Part shown: piece by piece, positions 31,361 to 41,513 of the stretch | Position numbering within the stretch: position 1 is the first letter of the stretch | Layout: each line of letters begins with the position of its first letter | From: Clostridia bacterium | GTDB taxonomy: Bacteria; Bacillota; Clostridia; JAAYHZ01 | Length of the DNA stretch: 64,000 bases | Direction: 5' to 3' | NCBI GenBank assembly: GCA_050950825.1 | Contig: JBMNIH010000009.1 | Coordinates: forward strand, 160,001 to 224,000 | Position numbers and translations under genes: made by a program | The notes under the pieces: model-generated | Told to the model about the DNA's origin: nothing | Database searches by the model: none | Seen by the model: the letters and a program-made list of their open reading frames with translations, nothing else

Positions 31361-32134
31361 ATGCCGGTGAACAAAGTTGAAATCTGCGGCGTTAATACTT
31401 CGAAGCTGCCGGTATTAACCGACAAACAACAGCGCGAACTATTGGCTAAAATAAAAAAGGGAGATGAGAAAGCAAGGGAGGAATTTATCGGCGCCAATCT
31501 GAAATTAGTGTTAAGTGTCATCCAGAAATTCACACATCGCGGCGAACAAGCCGATGACTTGTTTCAGGTAGGCTGCATCGGATTGATAAAATCCATTGAC
31601 AATTTCAATACCGAGCTTAATGTAAAGTTTTCCACTTATGCAGTACCCATGATCATCGGCGAAATCAGAAGATATTTAAGAGACAATAACACCATCCGAG
31701 TAAGCCGTTCTTTACGAGATACGGCGTACAAAGCTCTTAAGGTCAAAGAACAGCTGACCGCTCAAAAAAACTCGGAACCGACCATATCGGAAATTGCAAA
31801 AGAAATGGAAATGGATAAAGAAGAAGTTGTCATGGCCATCGAAGCCATACAAGAGCCCGTATCCTTGTTTGAAACGGTGTACCAAGACGGCGGAGACGCC
31901 ATCTTGGTGATGGATCAGGTGAAGGACGAAAAGAACAGCGATTCCAGTTGGATTAAAAAAATATCCTTAAAAGAAGCTGTCAGTAAACTAAACGAAAGAG
32001 AAAAGCAAATTGTCAATATGCGTTTTTTCCAAGGGCGTACCCAAATGGAGGTGGCCAACGAAATCGGAATATCGCAAGCACAGGTATCCCGATTGGAAAA
32101 AAATGCTCTGAACAGTATGCGAAAATACGTATAA
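31361..32134 (+). CDS. sigG: RNA polymerase sporulation sigma factor SigG
   Basis: NKVEICGVNTSKLP, DDLFQVGCIGL, RRYLRDNN, ISQAQVSRLEK. Confidence 0.97.
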   Translation: MPVNKVEICGVNTSKLPVLTDKQQRELLAKIKKGDEKAREEFIGANLKLVLSVIQKFTHRGEQADDLFQVGCIGLIKSIDNFNTELNVKFSTYAVPMIIGEIRRYLRDNNTIRVSRSLRDTAYKALKVKEQLTAQKNSEPTISEIAKEMEMDKEEVVMAIEAIQEPVSLFETVYQDGGDAILVMDQVKDEKNSDSSWIKKISLKEAVSKLNEREKQIVNMRFFQGRTQMEVANEIGISQAQVSRLEKNALNSMRKYV

Positions 32135-32161
32135 ATTATGACGAAAATTTGATTCTTTCGA

Positions 32162-32191
32162 TTCTATTCCGGGCACTTTTCTCATATACAT
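32162..32191 (+). promoter_or_regulatory. Possible sigma-E promoter of ylmC
   Basis: TTCTATT, 14 bp, CATATACAT matches the SigE consensus pattern. Confidence 0.45.
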
Positions 32192-32227
32192 GAATGAGAC
32201 CCTGTGATCTTTCGAGAGAATCCGATT

Positions 32228-32485
32228 ATGATTAGAATATGGGATTTCAAACAAAAAGAAGTCGTCAATGTATCTAACGGCAAGAAGCTAGGTTATCCGA
32301 AAGACATTGAGATTGATCCGGATACCGGTAAAGTTTCCACGGTCATCATTCCTTTAGGACGTTCCCTTACAAGCATTTGGGTTCAGGAAAAGGAATTGAT
32401 TATCCCGTGGAATTATATTGTCAAAATCGGAGTTGATGTTATCTTGGTAGATATCGATGAAAAAACCGTTAATGAATGGGAATAG
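32228..32485 (+). CDS. ylmC: YlmC/YmxH PRC-barrel sporulation protein
   Basis: KEVVNVSNGKKLG, DIEID, IPW, KIGVDVILV; follows sigG. Confidence 0.9.
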   Translation: MIRIWDFKQKEVVNVSNGKKLGYPKDIEIDPDTGKVSTVIIPLGRSLTSIWVQEKELIIPWNYIVKIGVDVILVDIDEKTVNEWE

Positions 32486-32557
32486 CAATTTTCACCCCGT
32501 ATCATAAGACTTTCCCGGTCGGAATATATATATACCGTAACATACATAAGAACAGGC

Positions 32558-33697
32558 GTGATTCCCATACTGGTCCATATTGTAAAACCCGACGAATCCT
32601 TGTTTGATGTGTCAAGATGTTACGGAGTACCGGTTGAAAAGCTTTGCAGCGATAATTTCATAGAAAAACCCGAGGATTTGCTTGCCAACCAAGCCCTTAT
32701 TGTCGATATTCCCGATGGGGAGCATCAAAAAATGTCGTCTTTTATTGAAACCTTCGGCTACGTATATCCTACGGTGAAGAAGGATGCTCTTGAAAGAGCT
32801 TTAAAGGATTTGACTTATCTATGTATCTTCAGTTACGGAGTTAACATGGACGGTACCCCGGATATAATTGACGATGAACCGATTATCGAACAAGCTTTAA
32901 AGGCGAATGTCGCACCCGTCATGGTGATAACCAACAAATATTTCAGCAGCTACGCAGCAAGAGAAATATTGAATAATAAGGATGCGCAAGATCGTTTAAT
33001 CAATCACGTTCTATTCACTTTAAAAACAAAGAATTATCGAGGTCTTAACATCGACTTTGAATACATATTTCCTCAAGACCGAATCGCATACAACGAATTT
33101 TTAGAAAAGGTTACCGCTCTTCTTTATCCCATGGGATTGAAGGTCTTTTCTTCTTTAGCTCCGAAGACCTCGGAGGAAAACAAAATTCTATACGAGGCTC
33201 ACGACTACCAAGTGCACGGTAAACTGTCCCGGAGAGTCTGTTTAATGACTTACGAGTGGGGATACACTTACGGACCTCCCATGGCGGTATCTCCCGTAGA
33301 TAAAGTAAGAAAGGTTCTCGATTATGCCTCTACAAGAATCTCTGCGGAAAAGACGGTAATCGGTATACCGAATTACGGTTACGAATGGCGTCTTCCTTGG
33401 GTCGAAGGAACGGCGGCGACGGCCGTCTCATACGAGAGTGCCATTCGAAACGCCATCGAAAACAAAGCCGAAATCCGATTTGATACTTGCGCCCAAGCAC
33501 CGTACTTCTACCGATACGGAAAAGATAACAAGTTGTATGTAACCTGGTTCGAGGATCCGAGAAGCATCCGGGCCAAATTGGATTTGGTAGAAAAATACAA
33601 AATCGCAGGAGTGAGTTTTTGGATATCCGGTAATCGATTTTGCCTTATTCGGACCTTGATTTCTTCCATGTACAATATATTGAAAGTGCTCGAATGA
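32558..33697 (+). CDS. LysM + GH18 spore cortex-lytic protein (YaaH/SleL-like)
   Basis: N-terminal LysM, GLNIDFE, LYEAHDY, MTYEWG, GPPMAV, WFED; SigE-like promoter at ~32502-32531. Confidence 0.88.
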   Translation: MIPILVHIVKPDESLFDVSRCYGVPVEKLCSDNFIEKPEDLLANQALIVDIPDGEHQKMSSFIETFGYVYPTVKKDALERALKDLTYLCIFSYGVNMDGTPDIIDDEPIIEQALKANVAPVMVITNKYFSSYAAREILNNKDAQDRLINHVLFTLKTKNYRGLNIDFEYIFPQDRIAYNEFLEKVTALLYPMGLKVFSSLAPKTSEENKILYEAHDYQVHGKLSRRVCLMTYEWGYTYGPPMAVSPVDKVRKVLDYASTRISAEKTVIGIPNYGYEWRLPWVEGTAATAVSYESAIRNAIENKAEIRFDTCAQAPYFYRYGKDNKLYVTWFEDPRSIRAKLDLVEKYKIAGVSFWISGNRFCLIRTLISSMYNILKVLE

Positions 33698-33821
33698 TGA
33701 TATAATGTATACAACTCTAGGTTTATGTTGACAAAAGGTTGGACATAACATATTATTGAAATGTTAGTTTATATGAAACCTACCTAAACATAAGGCAATA
33801 GAAAAAGGAGATTACATAGCA

Positions 33822-34304
33822 ATGAAGTGTCCGTTTTGTGGATTTACCGAGGATAAAGTCATTGATTCGCGACCGACGGAAGAAAACGAGGCCATTCGAA
33901 GAAGGCGAGAGTGCAACGCTTGCAAAAAGCGCTTCACTACCTATGAGAAAATTGAGAAGATTCCGGTGATGGTGATTAAAAAGGATAAAACCGTAGAAGC
34001 TTTTGACCGCAACAAATTGATCAACGGAATGCTGAAAGCATGCGAAAAAAGGCCTGTAAATATCGTGAAAATCGAAAAGATCGCCAACGAAATCGAAAGC
34101 AAAATTCACAATTCTTTAAAAAGCGAGGTTTCTTCCACCGATATCGGCGAGATGGTTATGGAGAAGTTAAAGGATTTGGATGAAGTAGCTTATGTGCGGT
34201 TTGCTTCGGTTTATCGGCAGTTTAAAGATGTGAACACTTTCATGGAAGAGATTAAGAATCTGAAAAAAGAAGGTGTCGTAAAAAGCAAAGAGGTTAAAAA
34301 ATAA
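33822..34304 (+). CDS. nrdR: Transcriptional repressor NrdR
   Basis: MKCPFC, RRRREC, RFTTYE, ATP cone, [10 protein letters not shown]. Confidence 0.97.
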   Translation: MKCPFCGFTEDKVIDSRPTEENEAIRRRRECNACKKRFTTYEKIEKIPVMVIKKDKTVEAFDRNKLINGMLKACEKRPVNIVKIEKIANEIESKIHNSLKSEVSSTDIGEMVMEKLKDLDEVAYVRFASVYRQFKDVNTFMEEIKNLKKEGVVKSKEVKK

Positions 34305-34314
34305 ATGTGGAATT

Positions 34315-34341
34315 GAAAAGGGGTGATCGGCACCCCTTTTC
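34315..34341. terminator. Bidirectional terminator
   Basis: GAAAAGGGGTG-ATCGG-CACCCCTTTTC with A/T tails on both sides. Confidence 0.75.
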
Positions 34342-34387
34342 TTACGATGTTTTTCGTCGAAAGTCCATTATTAAAGGATATCGCTTT

Positions 34388-34489
34388 TTAGTCGCAGCAA
34401 CGTCCGTATCCGGAGAACAGGCACAAGAATACCAAAATGAAGAACAATACGGTACAATCGCCTCCAAACAAATTCATCCCTTTACTCAT
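34388..34489 (-). CDS. Small hydrophobic Cys-rich protein, 33 aa (MSKGMNLFGGDCTVLFFILVFLCLFSGYGRCCD)
   Basis: Strong SD GAAAGGAGG 8 nt before ATG; paralogous to 34527-34646; below the ORF-track length cutoff. Confidence 0.7.
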   Translation of the reverse strand: MSKGMNLFGGDCTVLFFILVFLCLFSGYGRCCD

Positions 34490-34526
34490 AATGTAATCCT
34501 CCTTTCACAGATTTGATAACGTTTCA

Positions 34527-34646
34527 TTAACCACAGCAAGTCGAAGCTCCGGCAACTCCGTATTGGCCGTCGGATGCGAACAACAAGAGGAATAAAATAA
34601 TGAAGAACAGTATCGCGCAATTATCTTTTCCGAAGAGACCTCCCAT
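34527..34646 (-). CDS. Small hydrophobic Cys-containing protein, 39 aa (MGGLFGKDNCAILFFIILFLLLFASDGQYGVAGASTCCG)
   Basis: Strong SD GAAAGGGAGGT before ATG; shares LFG..C..LFFI..FL.LF...YG...CC pattern with its neighbour. Confidence 0.7.
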   Translation of the reverse strand: MGGLFGKDNCAILFFIILFLLLFASDGQYGVAGASTCCG

Positions 34647-34825
34647 AATTAAGTACCTCCCTTTCTTGGTTTACTACATGTTATTCAGGATTATGTAAAT
34701 ATGTTACTGTCGAGTTTTCATACTTTTCATCAAAGAGCGTCACTTTTTGGAAATATGCTTTTACAGAAAGGCAAATTTATGCTATGATGTGATTGATATC
34801 CTGTCTATATATGAGGTGTGACAAA

Positions 34826-35656
34826 ATGTATAACGATTATTATGAAATTTCATTTAAAAAGATACTCAAGTGGATCCTTGCGATTATCATACTCGTGATT
34901 TTGCTATCTCCCGTAGCCGTTATTACGTATTTGAATGTCAATACACCGGTTTTCTCATATAAGTACATAAGCACCCAGAACTTGATGCAGCAGTTGACAA
35001 GCAATGTCGAATTCAATTCGGCGACAAAAGGTATCACCGTCCGAGTGACATCCGATATGATCAACTCTTACATAGATGATGAAATTAAGAAAATGGATTT
35101 GGGACTGCCTGAAAAAATAGAAATTTTAGATGTTCATGTCGACACACAACAAGGAAGAGCCTTTGTGAATTTAAAGGCTTATTTTCTGAAGTTACCTATT
35201 TCTGCAGCCATAACGCTGAAGCAAACCGATACTACCGTCACAATCTCATTCTCAGGCTTCAAATTAGCCGACCTACCTCTAAAACAAGAATGGGTGGATA
35301 AATTCTTAAAAGGACAAAAATTAACATACTCCATGAGATTAAGCGAACTGGACGTGGTACCGTACTTTAAAATCAAGTCCATCAACTGGAAAGCAAACGG
35401 TATTGATGTGTTTTATGAAGTGGATTACCAACAGATTTACAACCAGTTAAGAAGACGTCCCGACCGTATAGCTGCCGAGCTGACGCAAATCATTGAGAAA
35501 AACCAAGCTCTTGCACCGATGTTGGATTTGGTAACGTATTTGGCGAATACCGATGAACTGACCTTAAATGAAATCAAATACTATTTGGATATGTTGTTGG
35601 AAAACCAACAGGTAGCCGATGCGCTGATCGACATGGTAAAAAGCGGACAATTATAG
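34826..35656 (+). CDS. Hypothetical membrane-anchored protein
   Basis: SD GAGGTG before ATG 34826; one N-terminal TM helix; no family recognised. Confidence 0.6.
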   Translation: MYNDYYEISFKKILKWILAIIILVILLSPVAVITYLNVNTPVFSYKYISTQNLMQQLTSNVEFNSATKGITVRVTSDMINSYIDDEIKKMDLGLPEKIEILDVHVDTQQGRAFVNLKAYFLKLPISAAITLKQTDTTVTISFSGFKLADLPLKQEWVDKFLKGQKLTYSMRLSELDVVPYFKIKSINWKANGIDVFYEVDYQQIYNQLRRRPDRIAAELTQIIEKNQALAPMLDLVTYLANTDELTLNEIKYYLDMLLENQQVADALIDMVKSGQL

Positions 35657-35674
35657 AAAATGAAAAATAGGACA

Positions 35675-35726
35675 GAATAATTGTTCGAATAAACCTCTTT
35701 ACAATGAACTTATGTTCTGTTATAAT
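35675..35726 (+). promoter_or_regulatory. LexA (DinR/Cheo)-box-containing sigma-A promoter
   Basis: TTTACA (35698-703), 17 bp, TATAAT (35721-26) with extended TG; GAAC-TTAT-GTTC at 35706-17 in the spacer; second box GAAT-AATT-GTTC at 35675-86. Confidence 0.8.
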
Positions 35727-35764
35727 GAGAACGGAACGAATGATTTGTAAAGGCGGTGAGCTAT

Positions 35765-36028
35765 TTGAAAGTGCTGATGAAACCCGTGGACATGATTTCA
35801 TACAATAGCACGAACGGCGATTTACAACCCATTAAGTACCGATTATCCGATGAAAACGGAATGACGAAAATCATAAAAATCGACAGGATCATACAAACCA
35901 CCGAAGAAAAGCTTTCGGGAAATCGTATGATCATATTTCGCGTCCAAAGCATCATTAACGGTTTGGAACGAGTGTACGAACTGAAGTACGAACCGGCCAC
36001 TTGCAAGTGGTATATATACAAAATGTAA
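35765..36028 (+). CDS. Small hypothetical protein, probably SOS-regulated
   Basis: TTG start MKVLMKPVDMI after GGCGGTGA; 87 aa; preceded by LexA boxes. Confidence 0.7.
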   Translation: MKVLMKPVDMISYNSTNGDLQPIKYRLSDENGMTKIIKIDRIIQTTEEKLSGNRMIIFRVQSIINGLERVYELKYEPATCKWYIYKM

Positions 36029-36106
36029 GGCGACTGAACACCGGCATGGTTCAAACAAAATGCCGGTGTGCACAAACCTTGTTTTTACAAAGGAGAAGCG
36101 AATGGA

Positions 36107-37174
36107 ATGAACGATCAGGTATACTGGGTTTGGTTCAGTATGCTGAACCGTATTTCCCCCCAAATGAAAATTTCTTTGATAAGACAATACGAAAATCCAT
36201 ATAACCTATGGACTTTTTTTAAGAAAGAACACAATCCCGCCGATATCTCTCCCGGAGCCTACCGGGACCTTGTATCGGATGAATTGAAAAAGAAATCCTA
36301 TCGAACGCTGAAACGAACATTGGACTTAGGTATCGGCATCATTTCTTATAACGACAAAGATTATCCTCCCTTGTTAAAACAAATACCGGATCCACCTGTG
36401 GTATTGTATTTTCTGGGTAATAAAGCGTATTTAAAAAATTGCTTTGCCATTGTAGGATCCAGAAAAGCCACGATATACGGCAAGAACAGCGCCATGGAAA
36501 TCGCATCCTATTTGGCGGAGCAAGGCATTGTCATTGCAAGCGGACTGGCCAAAGGAATCGACACCTATGCCCACAAAGGCGCTTTAAAAGCCGGAGGGAA
36601 AACCGTGGCGGTACTGGCCTCCGGAGTAAACGTGGTTTATCCGTATGAAAACAAAGCTTTATACAGCGAAATCATCGATCAAGGTACGGTCTTGTCGGAG
36701 CATCCTGTGGACACACAGCCCCTTCCTTATTATTTTCCTTTGCGAAATCGAATTGTCAGCGGCCTTTCGAAAGGAATCTTGGTTATTGAAGCGGGGGAAA
36801 AAAGCGGAACCTTAATTACCGTGGACTACGCTTTAGCCCAAGGTCGCGAAGTGTTTGCATTGCCCGGGAATGTTACAAGCAGCCAAAGCAAAGGAACCAA
36901 CCGATTGATTTATCACGGAGCTACACCGGCAATTGATCCCGAAGATATACTTCGATTGTATCGTTGGGATGTAAAAAATAGAACAATCGTACCCACGGAT
37001 ATGGACGAATCGGAAAAAATAATATATGATTTGGTTTACCAAGGAATATCCGATTTTGAATCCATTTCCGAAAAAGCGGGATTTGATAGGAAAGAAGCGT
37101 TGGCCGTTCTTCTATCACTGGAGTTAAAGCTCTATGTAAAAAGAAGAGAGGACGGAGGATATATTCCTTTTTAA
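36107..37174 (+). CDS. dprA: DNA processing protein DprA/Smf
   Basis: YPPLLKQIPDPP, AIVGSR, SGLAKGID, FPLRNRIVSGLS, EAGEKSGTLIT. Confidence 0.95.
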   Translation: MNDQVYWVWFSMLNRISPQMKISLIRQYENPYNLWTFFKKEHNPADISPGAYRDLVSDELKKKSYRTLKRTLDLGIGIISYNDKDYPPLLKQIPDPPVVLYFLGNKAYLKNCFAIVGSRKATIYGKNSAMEIASYLAEQGIVIASGLAKGIDTYAHKGALKAGGKTVAVLASGVNVVYPYENKALYSEIIDQGTVLSEHPVDTQPLPYYFPLRNRIVSGLSKGILVIEAGEKSGTLITVDYALAQGREVFALPGNVTSSQSKGTNRLIYHGATPAIDPEDILRLYRWDVKNRTIVPTDMDESEKIIYDLVYQGISDFESISEKAGFDRKEALAVLLSLELKLYVKRREDGGYIPF

Positions 37175-37345
37175 TTTTGACCGGATACATGAGAACATAT
37201 GTGGATTTTATAATAAATTACCGGTATTATGTTGATTGTTAAGGTTTTTGATGTATAATGAAATGACTTTTGTATTACAATGTTGTTTAATGAATATACA
37301 TATGAATGATTTCGATTCTTCGAATGAATGTACGGGGAGGAAAGA

Positions 37346-39454
37346 ATGGCGAAAAACCTAGTTATTGTGGAATCTGCATCCAAAGCTGCAACCATAAAAA
37401 AATACTTGGGCAAAAATTACAAGGTAGTTGCATCTGTGGGGCACGTAAGGGATCTTCCGAAAAGCCAAATGGGGATCGACCTTGAAAACGATTATCAACC
37501 GAAATATATCACCATCAGGGGGAAAGGCGAAATAATCGCAAAATTGAAAAAGGAAGCGAAGGGTATGGACAAAATTTATTTGGCTACCGACCCTGATCGT
37601 GAAGGAGAAGCCATAGCATGGCATTTGGCCTATATATTAAACATCGATCCTGACGAGAAAGCAAGAATCACATTTAATGAAATCACCAAAAGCGCCATTG
37701 AGAATTCGTTGAAAAAACCCAGAAGTATCGATCTTGATTTGGTAAATGCACAGCAAACCCGAAGATTTATCGATAGAATTGTGGGATACAGCATAAGCCC
37801 GATCCTGTGGAAGAAAGTAAAAAAAGGATTATCGGCAGGTAGGGTTCAATCGGTTGCCGTACGAATGATATGCGACCGAGAGAAAGAAATAAATGATTTT
37901 GTACAAGAAGAATACTGGACATTGGACATGAAGGGCCGTGTTGCGGGAACGGATAGCGTATTTGAAGCCGCTTTTTACGGCCGCGACAATGAAAAAATCG
38001 AGCTTTCAACCGGGGAGCAAACCGATAAAATTATTGAACAATTGAAAAAAAGCGAATTTACCATCACTTCCGTCAAGAAAGGTACGAGATCTCGCAGTCC
38101 GGCGGCGCCATTTACTACCAGTACGCTGCAACAGGACGCTGCTCGTAAGCTGTCTTTTTCAACGAAAAAGACCATGATGTTGGCACAGCAGCTTTATGAA
38201 GGCGTCGAGATTAAAGGTCTGGGGAGCACCGGTTTGATTACATATATCCGAACCGATTCCAGACGGATTTCCACCGAGGCTGCAGAAGCGGCAAAACAAT
38301 ATATTGCGAAAGAATACGGAGAAAAATATTTACCCGATTCTCCCAGAGTATATAAAAACAAATCTTCGGCCCAGGACGCGCATGAAGCCATACGACCTGC
38401 TCATCTGGACCTTCCTCCGGAAACGGTAAAAGATTCTTTGTCTAGAGATCAGTACAGGCTGTACAAGTTGATTTGGGATCGATTTATCGCAAGCCAAATG
38501 GCTAATGCCGAATACGACACGATTCGGGCGGAAATCACCGATTCCCAAGGTTATGTTTTCAAAGCCGGCGGTTTGAAAACCGTTTTCAAGGGATTTATGA
38601 AGATTTATACCGAAAGCCGTGACGAGGAGGATGAAGAGGAAAAAGAGTCCGAACTGCCGCAGTTGAACGAAGGGGATAAGGTAGAGATCGTGGAATTGAT
38701 TCCGAAACAGAACTTTACCCAGCCGCCTCCTCGATACAACGAGGCTTCCTTGGTAAAGGCGTTAGAAGAAAAAGGGATCGGTCGACCCAGTACGTATGCT
38801 CCTACCATCTCCACGATTATTTCTCGGGGATATGTGGCAAAAGAGAATCGCATTTTGTATCCTACGGATTTAGGGAAAATCGTGAATGAAATTATGACCA
38901 AATATTTCCCCGAGATCGTGGATTTGACATTCACGGCCTCGTTGGAAGAACGTATGGACGATATCGAAGAAGGAAAAGTATATTGGAAATCCGTCGTGGA
39001 TGATTTTTATAAACCTTTTTCCGTGGTTTTGGAGAACGCGCAACAGAAAATCGATAAGGTCGAGGTTCCGGAAGAAGTCAGCGATGTTGTGTGTGAAAAA
39101 TGCGGACGAAATATGGTAGTAAAGCTTGCGAAAACCGGTAAGTTTTTAGCATGTCCCGGATTTCCGGAATGTCGAAATACAAAACCGATCATTGTTAAGA
39201 CCGGCGTTTCTTGCCCGAAATGCGGCGGTGAAATTATCGAGAAAAAATCGAAAAAAGGAAGAACCTATTACGGGTGTGAGAATCATCCGGATTGCGATTT
39301 CTTCCTCTTTGATAAACCCATAAAAGAAAGATGCCCGAAGTGCGGCGATCTGTTGATACGAAGATATTCGAATATAAAATGCTCGAATCCGGAATGCGAC
39401 TACTTACGTAAAGCGGATAAAGAAAAGGATACCGATACGGATAACGAAGAATAA
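37346..39454 (+). CDS. topA: DNA topoisomerase I
   Basis: LVIVES, ATDPDREGE, SAGRVQS, ITYIRTDS, AHEAIRP, C-terminal zinc ribbons. Confidence 0.97.
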   Translation: MAKNLVIVESASKAATIKKYLGKNYKVVASVGHVRDLPKSQMGIDLENDYQPKYITIRGKGEIIAKLKKEAKGMDKIYLATDPDREGEAIAWHLAYILNIDPDEKARITFNEITKSAIENSLKKPRSIDLDLVNAQQTRRFIDRIVGYSISPILWKKVKKGLSAGRVQSVAVRMICDREKEINDFVQEEYWTLDMKGRVAGTDSVFEAAFYGRDNEKIELSTGEQTDKIIEQLKKSEFTITSVKKGTRSRSPAAPFTTSTLQQDAARKLSFSTKKTMMLAQQLYEGVEIKGLGSTGLITYIRTDSRRISTEAAEAAKQYIAKEYGEKYLPDSPRVYKNKSSAQDAHEAIRPAHLDLPPETVKDSLSRDQYRLYKLIWDRFIASQMANAEYDTIRAEITDSQGYVFKAGGLKTVFKGFMKIYTESRDEEDEEEKESELPQLNEGDKVEIVELIPKQNFTQPPPRYNEASLVKALEEKGIGRPSTYAPTISTIISRGYVAKENRILYPTDLGKIVNEIMTKYFPEIVDLTFTASLEERMDDIEEGKVYWKSVVDDFYKPFSVVLENAQQKIDKVEVPEEVSDVVCEKCGRNMVVKLAKTGKFLACPGFPECRNTKPIIVKTGVSCPKCGGEIIEKKSKKGRTYYGCENHPDCDFFLFDKPIKERCPKCGDLLIRRYSNIKCSNPECDYLRKADKEKDTDTDNEE

Positions 39455-39455
39455 G

Positions 39456-41513
39456 GTGATAGGATTGGCAGGCGAAACGCTTCTAAAATCGAATATCGGC
39501 ACCCTAAAAGGTGTAGGGAAGGTTCGCGTCGAATTGTTCAGAAAGTTAGGAATCGATACCGTCGAGGATTTGTTGTACCACTTTCCAAGGCGTTATGAAG
39601 ATCGGGGAAACATAATGAAAATTGCCGAGATTGTCCCCGAGGAATCTTGTTCGGTTTTAGGAACGGTTACGTATCCGCCTGTCAATATTCGTTCCCAAAG
39701 AGGTGTCCGATTGACGCGATCCTTGGTAAAAGACGGAACGGGGACATTGGAGATCGTATGGTTTAACCAACCCTACATCACTTCAAAATTGGCTTTAGGC
39801 AAGCAATATATTTTTTACGGTAAAGCGAAAAAAACATCCCGTATGCAAATGATAAATCCGACTATTATTCAATTGGAGGATATGGATAAAGAATGCGTGT
39901 TGGTGCCGGTATACCCGACCGTAGCCGGTTTAACGCAAGCCGTAATAAGGCAAACCATTCGACAAGCCTTGGATATGCTGAAGGATATTGAAGATCCTCT
40001 TCCCGAATCCGTCTTGCGTAAGTATCGCTTGGCGGATTTCGGAGAATCCATCCGTCATGTCCATTACCCGAAAGATATGGAATCGTTGGAAAAGGCCCGT
40101 CGTCGTTGTGTTTTCCAAGAGCTTTTGGAATTTCAATTGGCCCTTTTATCCATGCGGAAGCAAGACAACGAGGCTGCCGGAATTATGTTTAATAAAAGCA
40201 CCTTGACGGATTCATTTATTAAAAGCTTACCCTTTGAACTGACCGACGCTCAGCACCGGGTTTTTAACGAAATATATACCGATATGACCCTTCCGAAAAC
40301 CATGAACCGTTTGGTTCAAGGAGACGTAGGGTCGGGGAAAACGGTGGTTGCGGTTTTAGCCATGTTGGTAGCCGCCGAAAGCGGATACCAATCGGCAATG
40401 ATGGCTCCAACGGAAATATTGGCACAGCAGCACTTTAACACCGTATCCCGCCTTTTGGAAGGTTTTCCTTTCCGCGTCGCTCTTTTGACCGGCAGCACTA
40501 CGGCAAAAAACGCAAAAGAAATATTGTCCGGATTGGCAAACGGAGATATACATATTATAATCGGAACTCATGCTTTGATCGAGGAACGGGTCCAATATCA
40601 TAATCTGGGCTTGGTGATTACCGACGAACAGCATCGATTCGGTGTCAAGCAAAGAGCTCTCCTGTCTCGGAAGGGAAACAACCCGGACATGCTGGTTATG
40701 ACGGCAACACCGATACCGCGTACGCTGGCCATGATTTTGTACGGAGATTTGGATATTTCCATCATCGATGAAATGCCTCCCGGAAGAATAAAGGTAAAAA
40801 CCTATGTGGTCACGGAAGACTACAGAGAAAGAATCGATCGGTTTATTCTAAAAGAAGTGGGCGAAGGAAGGCAAGTGTACATCATTTGTCCTTTGGTGGA
40901 AGATTCCGAAATGATCGATGCTTACTCGGCCGTAAAAACGGCGGAAGAAGCGGCTGCCAAATTCAAAGACTGTAGGGTGGGTATCATTCACGGCAAAATG
41001 AAACCGGCGGAAAAAGAAGAGGTCATGAAAAGCTTTGCCGAAGGCAGCATCGATATTTTGGTTTCCACTACTGTCGTGGAGGTAGGGGTGGACGTACCTA
41101 ATGCTTCCTTAATGGTAGTCGAAAACGCCGAACGCTTCGGATTAGCTCAGCTGCACCAGCTTCGAGGCAGGGTAGGAAGAGGAAAAAATCAATCCTATTG
41201 TATTTTATTTAACCAAGGAAGCTCGGAGGTCTCAAAAGAACGCTTGGAAATCATGACGAAATCTACGGACGGTTTTTACATATCGGAACAGGATTTGAAG
41301 TTAAGAGGTCCGGGTGAATTTTTCGGTACGCGTCAGCACGGTTTGCCCGAGTTGAAAATTGCCAATTTGTATACCGATATGAACATATTAAAAGAAGCCC
41401 AAGAATGCTCGGAAAGAATATACCGATACGGATATTTGGAAAAAGAAGAATACTCTCGCTTAAAAGATAGGGTTTATCATTTCTACAATTTGAATTTCGG
41501 AGGATTGTTATGA
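39456..41513 (+). CDS. recG: ATP-dependent DNA helicase RecG
   Basis: QGDVGSGKT, DEQHRFG, TATPIPRT, QLRGRVGRG, RGPGEFFGTRQHG. Confidence 0.97.
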   Translation: MIGLAGETLLKSNIGTLKGVGKVRVELFRKLGIDTVEDLLYHFPRRYEDRGNIMKIAEIVPEESCSVLGTVTYPPVNIRSQRGVRLTRSLVKDGTGTLEIVWFNQPYITSKLALGKQYIFYGKAKKTSRMQMINPTIIQLEDMDKECVLVPVYPTVAGLTQAVIRQTIRQALDMLKDIEDPLPESVLRKYRLADFGESIRHVHYPKDMESLEKARRRCVFQELLEFQLALLSMRKQDNEAAGIMFNKSTLTDSFIKSLPFELTDAQHRVFNEIYTDMTLPKTMNRLVQGDVGSGKTVVAVLAMLVAAESGYQSAMMAPTEILAQQHFNTVSRLLEGFPFRVALLTGSTTAKNAKEILSGLANGDIHIIIGTHALIEERVQYHNLGLVITDEQHRFGVKQRALLSRKGNNPDMLVMTATPIPRTLAMILYGDLDISIIDEMPPGRIKVKTYVVTEDYRERIDRFILKEVGEGRQVYIICPLVEDSEMIDAYSAVKTAEEAAAKFKDCRVGIIHGKMKPAEKEEVMKSFAEGSIDILVSTTVVEVGVDVPNASLMVVENAERFGLAQLHQLRGRVGRGKNQSYCILFNQGSSEVSKERLEIMTKSTDGFYISEQDLKLRGPGEFFGTRQHGLPELKIANLYTDMNILKEAQECSERIYRYGYLEKEEYSRLKDRVYHFYNLNFGGLL

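Noticed and set aside
33708-33760. NrdR boxes upstream of nrdR
   Set aside because: Only loose similarity (ACAACTCTAGGT) in AT-rich DNA; a tandem pair cannot be supported.
34307-34516. 69-aa plus-strand ORF
   Set aside because: Runs through a terminator, has no SD, and is antisense to the better-supported micro-proteins.
37193-37204. GAACATATGTGG upstream of topA as a LexA box
   Set aside because: Two mismatches in the GTTC half-site; too weak.
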